From: Parasitella parasitica NRRL 2501
Taxonomy: Eukaryota > Fungi > Mucoromycota
Length of the DNA stretch: 64,000 bases
Assembly (NCBI GenBank): GCA_025201805.1
Contig: MU619242.1
Coordinates: forward strand, 181,323-245,322
Reading direction: 5' to 3'
Part shown: one piece after another, positions 53,302-64,000 of the stretch
How positions within the stretch are numbered: the first letter of the stretch is position 1
Layout of the letters: every line of letters starts with the position of its first letter
Program-made: the position numbers and the translations under genes
Notes under the pieces: generated by a model
What the model saw: only the letters and a program-made list of their open reading frames with translations
Database searches by the model: none
What the model was told of the DNA's origin: nothing

Positions 53302-54714
53302 ATGACCTGTTTTCTCTCACCCGCTCTCTCTCTCGCTCTCTTTATCACACTCCCTTCCTGATTATATACATACATACATACATATATACATATATCTACT
53401 ACATTCTTTAGCCAAAACTCGCCTTTCAAGAAACCAACAATTACAAAAAAAAACAAAACAAAAAGAAGACTGTTGACAGTTATCTTTTTCCACTTTACAT
53501 ACTGTCATATCGCTCCGTTTTTTCTCGCAACTTCCCTCGCTCCTCGCCTTTAAATAATGACTATATGATTCCTCCAACACATACAAAAAAAACCAAAAAA
53601 AATATCACCACTCCTGCCCAATTTTCCCCAAGTTTGCCTTGCTTGTTTATTCCCCTTTACAATTATGCTTTCATTTTTTTTTTTTTTTTATCTTTATTAT
53701 GCTTTTTTTTTTATCATATCGTTTTATTTCATGAAATGGAAATTTAAATATCTTAGTCGTTAGTCGTAGTTTTAGTTTTAGTATAGTTTATCAATGCACA
53801 GATAAACAAAACATTTGTAAATATTATTTGGTAGCAATAACAATAAAAAACCTTTGAATTGAATTTTTTAATGCAGACATCCTGATTTAATTGGAAAAGT
53901 CAGGGATAACTGATATTATTTATCTCCACATGTACTTCTCGGGATACTCTTTTTATGTACCTCATCTGGTTCTCATGACAAAGGTTTAACCTTTGTATTT
54001 ATTAATCACGTCCTTAAATCAAAGATCGACCTTTTTTCAATAAATCAGATGTACATTCTCCCAAACAATTTTTTTCTTTACTAGCGCCGCGTGTGTATGT
54101 ATGTGTGTGTGTGTGTTTTTTTTTACCATGGCAGTTTACATTATTGATGTTATAAACTGTGTGTTTATGTGTATATATATGGTGATAGTCAGGTGTTAAT
54201 ATCTGAAAAAGTTGAAAAGCAAGTTGCTGACCCGACAACTTGGTGAAGCTTAACTTTATAGAGTTTTTTTTTTTTTTGCGTTTCAACATAAACAAATGCG
54301 CGTTGTTGTATATTCTTGTAATGTTTATTTATACATGTATTCTTCTATTTTTTATTAATTGCTTCTTCAGGTATTAATGAGGATAGGAGTAAAGATTGGA
54401 AGCAAATTCGGCTGATCACTTTGTATCTATAAACGGTTACATGATTAAAATACAAAAAGTGGGTCTGGGCTGAATGTAAGCTGCACTGCCTTGTGTTGTG
54501 TGTACTGTTAGGAGTCTTCTGCATCTATATATATTTATGTGATGGCGATAACTCGAAAAAGAACCGTTTTTTTTCTCATGCACACTAAAGCTACTCAAGG
54601 TTACCTTGAAAATTGTAGAAATGCAAGAAATATATTTATTTGTTTGGGTAAAAGGTTTTGTGTGTGTATATAAAGAGAGAGTTGGGGAGTAAAAAGTATC
54701 TAAAATGGGCTTGG

Positions 54715-55610
54715 CTAAAACGAAATGGATATTTCAGTGGCACCGCTACCGTCCAGTTCGTCCTCTTCGTCTTTTATATTATTGAAAGCAAGTCTTGGTA
54801 ATACAAGGGAGCGAGTAGCTACTCGTTCTTCTTGCTGAGGACTATGTGTGATCCAAATACATGTGCGTCCCTTCAAAGTGTTTTCTACCAACAACGTAGA
54901 CTCTGGGTCCAACGCAGAAGTAGGTTCTATCAAAGAGCATCAGTCAGACTACCCGTTGATATTTTTGTTTATCAAAATATAATACCATCCAAGAGTAAAA
55001 CCTCAGGATTTAGTGCCAGCGCAATTGCTAATGCGGCTCTCTGCATTTCGCCACCTGATAGATAATTCCAATTCTCATTGAAATGAGCAGCAGACAAGTT
55101 CCAATCCTTGCCAATTCTGATCTATTGCTCATATTATCAACATCGATATCTCACNNNNNNNNNNAAAAAAAAAAAAAAAAAAAAGAAAACAATGGCTTAC
55201 TGGGTCATCAAAGTATTTGCCCTTCTGGGAAACGTATTTTTTTGCCATATTGAATAAATCCATGGGGGTTCCAGGATGAATAGCAGGTCGTTGAGGCACA
55301 TACATAACTCTTGATCTCCATGTAGGGATGCCGAAATGGCATGGTGATTTACCATTTAGATTTGTTTGACCAGACGTATATGGAGTCAACTCTGCTAGAC
55401 ACTTTAATAAAGTCGTCTTTCTGTTATAAGCAGAGATTAGGAAGTGAGTCCCAATGTAATATAAATATATTTTAAGATTTACCCTGCACCACTAGGTCCT
55501 CGCAAGACCAGAATGTCGCCCTTATCCAATGCAATATTAACATCTTTGAATAGCCATCTACCATCACTAAGCTTCATGGATATACCCTCTGCTTGAAACA
55601 CGGTAGCCAT
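54715..55610 (-). CDS. Stand-alone ABC ATPase (single nucleotide-binding domain, YbbL/FetA/STAR1-like), 4 exons
   Basis: Spliced Walker A GPSGAG|KTT, Q-loop YVPQ, signature LSGGEMQR, Walker B/D-loop VLLLD|EPTSALD and H-switch ITH. No transmembrane segment. ATG at 55610. Confidence 0.88.
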
Positions 55611-56054
55611 TGTATCGAGATTAATATCAAATAATGAAATATGAAACAAAGGTCTAGGTTTTTTTTTACATGTACCCTCAGATGCCTCTGCCCTCTGCCG
55701 TTGCTCTGTGACGTATCAAGTTAGGCCGTTACACACTCATGATAAAGAAGCCAAACTCGGTGCAAAAATGGATGTTCATTTATCAAAATATGTATAGGAA
55801 ATTGATTGTAATTAAACAGGAGCAAGTAAATGGTGAACCATTATTAATTTTAATCAAATCGTTTGGTTGGGCTATTTTATTGTTTAGGAGTTGTTCTTTG
55901 GAGGTGGTGGAGGTGGTGTTGTTGTTGTTGCATGCTCTTTAATTTTTTGTGTGCGTGTGTGAGACTTTTAAAATTCCATTCAAACAAACCATATAATACA
56001 CCTACTCGTCTTTTTCTATTTTTCTCTTTTCTTTCATAATATAACAACTGTATT

Positions 56055-57887
56055 ATGGCCGCTAAACCACAGCACAAACGAAAGAGAAGTTGGGAAAAAG
56101 ATTTTTACAAGAATGGAGCACCCACTGAGGTGATTATTATATCTGACTCTCCAACTCCAACACCTCCACCTTCTCAGCCAAAAGCTACAAATTCATCTTC
56201 ATCCTCATCTTCAGGCAGCCATGACTCTCTATATCCATCAAACAAAAGACGCTATCTGCTTGAGCCTGACCACAAAAAGGTGTATAAAAATACCAGCGAT
56301 CTCTCGATAAATCAAAGTAAGTATACGCCCTCTTGCACTACTGGGTTACATGGTTACCAACATTTTGTGCATCAAACATCAGATTTGTCGTCGTTTCATT
56401 TCTTCCCAGCAAGTACACTATATCCAGCGCCACTACCACCACCAAATTCAACAGCACCAGCGCTGCCGCCATCCACATTAGCGGCTGCTCACATATCAAC
56501 CACATTACATCAATTACCAGCAGCACCAGCAGCAACAGCGCTTCATAGGAGACCTGTCCAAACAGCGACCACAGCCAAAGCAGAGCCAGTAGAGGTAAAA
56601 TACATGTATAGCCTAATTGACATTGTTACGCTAACAATGAAATTTTAACGGCACGTAGGTTTACGATGATAAAGATGGACATTACATTGTTCGACCAAAT
56701 GAATCGCTAACGCAACAATGTGAGTCCCTTACATTAATAATGATTGATTTTCCTAACAACAGTCAACAGATAAAATCATGAGATTACTAGGCCAAGGCAC
56801 ATTTGGCAAAGTGGTAGAGTGCTATGACAGAGTTCGCCGAACATACTGTGCCATTAAAATCATCCGTGCCATTCCAAAATACAGAGACGCAAGTAAGATT
56901 GAGATTCGAGTCTTGAATACTTTGAAACAGCATGATCCCCTTAATCTCAAGTGAGTTGTCTTTTTCTTTTTGTTTTTTTGCTTTTTGGCTCGAACACTCA
57001 ACTAACAGCATTTCTTAGCCAATGCATTCATTTGATCGAGTGGTTCGATTTTCGTAATCATGTTTGCATGGTGTTTGACCTCCTGGGCCCATCCGTGTTC
57101 GATTTCCTCAAATCAAATCAGTTCAGACCGTTTCCATCAACCCAAATTCAACAATTATCAAAGCAGTTGATCACCAGTGTAGCATGTAAGCGCATCTTTT
57201 GCAACAGTTCATCATGGACATCTCTTACTAACATTGCAAAAAGTCTTGCATGACCTCAAGTTAGTTCATACCGATTTAAAACCCGAAAACATTCTGCTTG
57301 TCGGCCGAACCTCAAAGACAGACATCCGCTTAATTGATTTTGGATCTGCTACTTTTGAAAAGGATTATCATTCAGCTGTGGTGTCCACTCGACACTATAG
57401 AGCACCTGAGATTATCCTGGGGATGGGCTGGTCCTATCCATGTGATCTGTGGTCTATCGGCTGCATCCTAGTGGAGTTCTTTACTGGTGATGCTCTTTTT
57501 CAAACTCACGACAACCTAGAACACTTGGCCATGATGAACACCGTACTAGGCCCATTGCCTCAACACATGGTTTTGTCTGCTAATAAAGAGGGCCAAAAGT
57601 TCTTTTATAAAGAGAGTAAAAAACTTAGATATCCTACGACAAAGACGACCAAGCAGAGCAAGAAATTTGTGAGTGTCTTGAAGCCTCTTGAAGTAAGTGT
57701 TGTTATATTCAGAAAAATAAGCTTCCTTTATCTGACAACTAGGCAATTGTAGGAAATAATCGCGCCTGGAGACAATCAGCACAATATTTTCCTGTTGGAC
57801 TTATTGAAAAAACTACTCGTCTATGAACCCAGTCAACGTATATCTGCTAGAGAAGCTCTTCGCCACCCATTCCTTTCATGCTGTTAA
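56055..57887 (+). CDS. LAMMER/CLK dual-specificity kinase (Lkh1/Kns1 family), multi-exon
   Basis: [44 protein letters not shown] and EHLAMM. Stop TAA at 57885-57887. Confidence 0.92.
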
Positions 57888-57996
57888 ATCTGTAATGTAA
57901 TTCTTTTTGTATACCACCCTCTTCTATATATAATACACGTTTTCAAACATAAACATCAGTAAAAGCTTAACCTTTTTCCTCCCCCTCCCCCCCAAA

Positions 57997-58031
<35 letters not shown>

Positions 58032-58164
58032 CACATTGTCAAATAAACACTTGGTATTATGTATATTTATATATAAGATTGCAAAGTATGAAATGGAGTG
58101 CGTGTGAGCGAGGGCTGAGTGGTATAAGAGTATTTATATGCGTATTTATGTGGTGAAAAGATTC

Positions 58165-60037
58165 TTAATATCCTGATTTTTTCATGCTTTCGTCCATCCA
58201 AGATTTCAAGATTGGCATGTCATTGATCATTTGAATAATTTCATTCTCTTGGACATTCACTTGAATCTTTCGCGTCCTATCTTCTTTGCTTTTACCCAGA
58301 GTAAGTATGCTTGACGTTTCCAGCAGGGTAAATAAATCATTCAATTCTGTTCTCGATACTGCTGAAATTGCTGTGGATGTGTCTGAGCATAATATACTAT
58401 ATTGTTCACGAAACTAACAAAGGCAGAGGTGAATAAAGTGATCATGAACAATGAAAAACTGCAATTACCTTGCCCATAACAAGTTGGTCCTTCTTGTTGC
58501 CCTTTTTGCACTGGCGAAGCATAATCAAGATAACACCCAAGACAATCTTTTGTTGTAAATTCAGCTGCTTCAGCTTTTGGGCTGTAGAGCTTCCAAACAC
58601 TACATTTAAAACCTTCATGACATGTATTACAGTGACTTTAGGCTCTTGTGTCGCCGGCAGTGACGCACCATTTCCTCGCTGTTCACCCAGTACAGTAGTG
58701 TTGACAGCAGCAGCGCTTCTTTTCTTTTGCTCCATTTCTGCAAGTTCAATAGCTTGGCGGCAAACGTCCAAAGCAGTTCTTAAATCGCCCATTGATGCAG
58801 CTACTTTACGGGCACACAACTCAATCGCGTTAGCTTGGATCAAAGGTGCTGGCGTACCGTCAGTAGGCTTGCATGGAGGAGCAAATGGGTCCTCGGGGTC
58901 TTCAATCAACGAAAACAGACGATCCCTGATGATGCTGGTGATTTCTGTTACTTGGTAAGGGTTAAAATTCAACAATTGGGGTTCGCAGTTCTTTGCTCGA
59001 AGACGAGGCAATATGCGATCTGTTAAGTCTAACGCATTCGCAATTCCGATAAGAACTAATTGAGAAGTAGGTAGTGAGGCCCATTCGAAAATCTTGTAAA
59101 GGACTTCCTGGTCTCTTGTAATTAATGAGTCAATTTCATCTAAAATAACAACACTAATTTATGAAAAGATCGTTAAAATATCGATTGTATGTAAGCATAG
59201 TATTTCTTTCTTACTTGAGTTTGTTCTTATTAGAGTTTATCAGCTCTTCGGCTTGTTTAACAACGTCTTGCTGGATATTTGCAGTAGGTTTCAATTCTTC
59301 TATCAGCTTTTGGTAGATTTGCTTGGGTTCCCTGACACTCATACAATTTACAACAACGGTTGAAACATGATGAGAACGCAGTGCCATAATGTCATCTTCC
59401 ATAAGCCGCATGACTTCAGTGAGCATGGCTGTTTTTCCAGTACCTGGCATCCCAGAAACATAAAGGCAACCAGGTTTGTTAGCTACGACATGCTGCTTCC
59501 AAAACGAAAGCATTTGTTCTCTTTCATCCCCCCGGCCGATGAGTCTAGAAGGAATAGCTGTGCGTCTGAATACAGCCTTCGCTTTCTGATACAACGTCTC
59601 TTGTTGCTTGCATTTGCTTTCCTTGCGGTTGTTGATGTTGCTGTTGGTTAGTCCTTTGGATTTAAGGTAGACGTTTCGGCCATTAGGTGATTGCACTGTA
59701 AAACAAAAATAAACACATTAGGCTTATGATTGAAAGAACATGACGAGCTTACATTGTGCTAATTCCAGCTCTTTTGTAATGTTTCTGATATTTTGTGGCG
59801 TCTCTGGCTTTGTGTTGCTTGTCTTTTGTTTTCTGGTAGGTGTAGAAGGTGGCGAAGGCAAATTTTCCACATCATCTGTGGTTCTTCGCTTGGTGCCTGA
59901 CATTTTGGTTTCTTAAAATTTTGTTGTAATAGATCGTTCGTGAATGAAAACTTACCTGCTCTCGTGGGCGATCTTTGTTGTTTGCTCTTATTGTCGAGTG
60001 ATGACAATCTACTGCTTGAGCGAGTACGTTGTAACAT
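58165..60037 (-). CDS. CDC6: Replication licensing AAA+ ATPase Cdc6/Cdc18, multi-exon
   Basis: LYVSGMPGTGKTA, VVNCM, VILDEIDSL, LIGIANALDLTDR.LPRL, LCARKVAASMGDLRTALDVCR and a winged-helix tail. ATG at 60037. Confidence 0.93.
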
Positions 60038-60101
60038 TTTATTAAGCAATTGAACAAAGAAAAAAGTTTTAATTCTCCCTCTTTCTTTCGTATAGATGTG
60101 A

Positions 60102-60127
60102 ACGCGTTTTACGCTTGTTTAGCGCGT
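60102..60127 (-). promoter_or_regulatory. MCB (MluI cell-cycle box) elements upstream of CDC6
   Basis: ACGCGT at 60102-60107 and a CGCGT core at 60123-60127, 65-90 nt upstream of the CDC6 ATG. CDC6/cdc18 are established MBF targets in yeasts. Confidence 0.6.
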
Positions 60128-62454
60128 CACCCATCCTCCATCAGTTGTTGGGCTCTCTCGGATAATAGTTTACAATAGGCTTGCGTTCCCGTTGACACAG
60201 CTTCAAGGAGGCAATTGTTGCTCTGCGCATACAATGTTTGAATATGCCCCTTGAAAGCCTCTTACTTTCTAGAAGGAACATGCTCATACATTAAAAAATA
60301 ACAGGTTTAATCGGCAGGTTTGATCATGAGTATTATTACCAGTATCATCATGTGAATAAGAAGTAAATATGTCTGCTGATGTGCTATGTATTCTCGATAT
60401 CATCGTACAATTCAACATTATAGAACTGATATTTGAGCTGTTTCATAAAAAATATAACCAATCCTTCCTCAGAAAGCCCTGCTATGTATGTATGCTTACT
60501 TATTCAAAAGGTATTTCAGTTATAAACATCTTTTTTGTTCTGCTATGCTCGTTTCCTCTATCATTGCTGTACCCATAGAATACAATGGTTACCCATTATA
60601 TCAACTCAGTTGTCATGGCGACCGTTCTTGATCATATTTAAGTTTAAATGTCGTTGGTAATCCTATAATAAATGAAACTAATTGACATTTGTCTTGTACC
60701 AGAAACCATTTATTTGGGTTCTACTTATTGTAGTCTTCGAAGCTAAACTTCATCAATAAATGATTCATAATAACAATGATTAGCTGATTAAATATAAATA
60801 GGTCCTAACTACGATTCTGTTGTAATCTTGTTAGGCAATTAAATGTCAAGCAAGATATATGATCGTATACATGAATTCATTCAAGCAGATTCATCCTATA
60901 TAAATTGACAATTTCTAATTACTCAATAAATTCATTAGTTTTGTATCTGGTAAACTTAACAATCTTTATTACTTTCTTATTCCTGTTATCATATATGATT
61001 ATCTGCTTGCTTTTTTTAAGATCTGGCACACCAAATTTCTCAACAGAAATTCATTTTAGCCCCTATAATTCTAGTAAGGAAACAGCATCGATATCAGGTT
61101 TTTGGATTTTCAGGAATAGATCAATATTGTTTTCAAATGCACTGATGAATTGGTCCGTGCCTTGACAGTTGATAAAATCTGCCCTATCCTAGTATTACCA
61201 TGGTAGGCGAGACATTTCGATACTCAGCGACAGTTCAGAAATTATTGGATTGATTCCAATTTGATAAAACTATATGATATAATCACAATAAACTAGGAAA
61301 CGTAGTTCCTGAAGGAATTGATACTGAAGATGGAAGAGCAGTGCACTTTCATCAAGATATCCTAATCAATGTTTATTCACATAACATCTGATGTTTGACA
61401 CTAATAGTAATATTTCAAGGAACAGACTTATTCTATTATTTTACATCAAAGAGTAGATGTTATCAAGACGTCTCCCCGACATCCCGCAATCTGATCTCGA
61501 TGTAATCTTTGAATAAGCCTAGAACCTTGCATGAGGTTCAATTACAACTTGTAGCTTATTCCTTATTTGTAAAGGAATTACCAACAATTAATATCATGAT
61601 CCGTACATCGTAACTATGTTAGATATGACATATGTAGCCCTTATATGGATACAACACAATGTATGAATACAATCAGATCATGTTGATATTTAATAATCAA
61701 ACAAGATTATTGCTATGTCAAACGTCAAATAAAAATAAATCTGCAGCAAAATTACACCTTATTATACATACATCCTATAGATGTATGTATACATAATATC
61801 ATTATGCTAGGGTTAGCATCATGAGAGCTTTAACAAAGGGTTTTACTATCTAGAACCTGTGGAGTGTAAATCAGGATTACCTATGATATACCTTAGATAA
61901 CAATATTAAGAGTGGGGCCTCGTATAAAATACCTATGAGATAACCTTGATAAAATAATGTCAGAGCAAGACCTCTATCTACATTTAATCGGCTAATCATT
62001 ATGAATGGGAACCATTCATCGATGGCCTTAGCTTCGCAATTGAGAGTAAGTAGAATCCAAATAGATGCTTCTGTTTCCTCTCTTTTTATCAGCCGTATAA
62101 ACTATTAGGGCACTGTTCAAAGCGATATAAAATCCTTTCGTCTCAAGAAATTGATCTATACAGCTCATTACCATTATTGCTGCGAACAAGTTGCGAGATA
62201 TATGAGAAAAGGATCTTGGTTTGACTTTTAATTGTTTATTGAATACATAACTTGAGATTGAGATTGCCAAAAGCGCAAGTTGGGTTCTATCAAAAGCTCG
62301 AGATAAACCAAAGACATTTTTTTACTATCATGCGGTATTGTGCCCAACAAAAAGCAAAATCTTGTCTTGGTGGTACACACCTGGATAATACACACAGATT
62401 CATTCATCGTCGCACTGAATAAACTCCTTTTGCTTCTTTGCTGAAACATAATTC

Positions 62455-64000
62455 ATGGTTTTAGTATACCTGGAATGCATTTTTACTTTAGTACAGTTTA
62501 TGATTTTAATAGATGTACTAGTTTGTTCACCTGTTCATGATAGCAGCACAATTATTGCTATTGGCATTGATCTAAATCATATTTTCGACACAAATAGGTC
62601 GATTGTTAGAGTGGCTGCATCTTTTATCAACGAATCTGGCGCATTATCAGATACTATTACGACTATGTCTGAATTCAGTACTCTTACAGCACCTAATTTA
62701 TCTGCTAATAGTGAAAGAAGCATTAGCCCAAAACACATGCAAGTGTTCCTAGAAGCCTATCAATATATTGGCTCGCAGTGCACAAACGAGACTGATGGGT
62801 TTTTTTTTGTTAATAACGATCCGCTGGTTCTAGAAGAGAAATTGATTGAATTATTCAAGCGCATAAAATACACCACCCTGACAACTTATGGGCTTCCCAA
62901 TGTTCGTAATATACTCCATCGAGCTTATCAAATATGTCCATAATAACCGTGCATTGTACATTTCCCAGGCAAAGCTCCATGCAGTCATCGTGGACAGCAG
63001 ATATTCTAGAGGTTAGTGTACATCATAATGAGTTTAGGCCACTGTCCATTGACTTTGCCTATGTAACAGCAAAGCGATCTTTGCTAGAAGCTGCCGCAAA
63101 AAGAGCAGGGCTTCCGAGTGTTCAGATTGTTGGAAGAGTTGTAGCAGCAGCCATGATTTGCGAGCAGGAAGAGATTTCAGAGGATCATTACTATCTGGAA
63201 ATTCATTTTGATAAAAACAAAATAGATATTGCTGTTATATTAGATGAAAATGGGGCAAATGTATTCGAGACATTAGCAGCTGAAAGGCTCAATTACACGG
63301 CAGACGGATCCGAGATCACGCCAATGTTGTCATCGTTACTGGATAGACTAATCCAAAATGCAGAAATCCCAGATGCAGGCCTGATTTATCAGGTAGCAAT
63401 CACTTCATCCGAACCGCTGACGTTATCTCGGGCTCCACTTTTGCAGCAATTAGAAGCCCTTTTGAATAGCTATTTCAACGGTAGAACTTTGACATTCTGT
63501 AACTCATTAAATGGCGAAAGCAACAGAATAATACCTCATGAACACAGACTTGCGTACAGTGCAGCGCAATACAGTCAATCAACAACAAAAAAGCAGCTTT
63601 ATGACAGCCAGTGGAGCTGTTGCGTCGAGCTTTCCCCTATGCATTACGGGGTAGCCGTGGCTGGAGGACTGATTCAACCTATTATACCAATGAACAGCAT
63701 TCTAAATGGACAAAAATCAGCCATCTTCACCATCATCATGCCGCAGCAACAACAGCCAATCAAGATATCATTGTACAGGGGATTCAGACTGCAAAAGGCT
63801 CTTAATACGTACATTGGGTCGCTGGATTTCCAAAATGGTAAATTTAACGGGTCGAATGACAAACAGTTGTTTAACACTAATTCGATCATGCAACAGATGA
63901 TCCATTGATTTTGGTCATTACTATTGAAATCAGTGCTGATTCTGATGAGCTATTTTTAATCATCAAGGACTCAGTAGCAGGGCAAACTTATACCTCCACT
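62455..64000 (+). CDS. Highly divergent Hsp70-like protein, 3' end outside the window, with an apparent +1 frameshift near 62916
   Basis: IAIGIDL (compare IGIDLGTT), HAVIVDSRYSRAKRSLLEAAAKRAGL..VQIV....AAA (compare [21 protein letters not shown].IAGL), ELSPMHYGVAVAGGLIQPIIPMNS...QKSAIFT (compare DVTPLSLGIETAGGVMT.LI.RNT..P.KKSQIFS) and ISLYRGFR. Introns ~63012-63069 and ~63838-63897. Confidence 0.6.

Noticed and set aside
60800-62450. Patches that look like decayed coding sequence on the minus strand
   Set aside because: Frequent stops and no identifiable family, so a pseudogene or TE call cannot be supported without a search.

Overview
Eukaryotic, AT-rich, intron-containing fungal DNA. Short GT-AG introns and the gene set point to Mucoromycotina/Mucorales (inference). 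The window holds about 22 protein-coding genes, mostly housekeeping or signalling: NBP35, a Syn8-like SNARE, Mim2, Ypk1/Gad8 kinase, a receiver-domain cyclic-nucleotide phosphodiesterase, a CSL transcription factor, mitoribosomal bL12m, Rab4, an APC amino-acid permease, two secreted proteins, TPS2, Tudor-SN, mitochondrial RNA polymerase RPO41, a Zds_C protein, PPZ phosphatase, a C2H2 factor, a stand-alone ABC ATPase, a LAMMER kinase, CDC6 and a very divergent Hsp70-like gene running off the right edge. The most unusual non-genic structure is a non-coding 1480-bp unit found at two loci (about 0.65-2.26 kb and 36.4-38.1 kb) in inverted orientation. Each locus is slightly more than one head-to-tail unit, the two start at different phases (circular permutation), and identity is near-perfect in the core and decays toward the flanks. 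A decayed Dada-like transposase sits next to the left copy. Exon boundaries were read by eye and no database searches were run. No rRNA, tRNA or CRISPR array was recognised.
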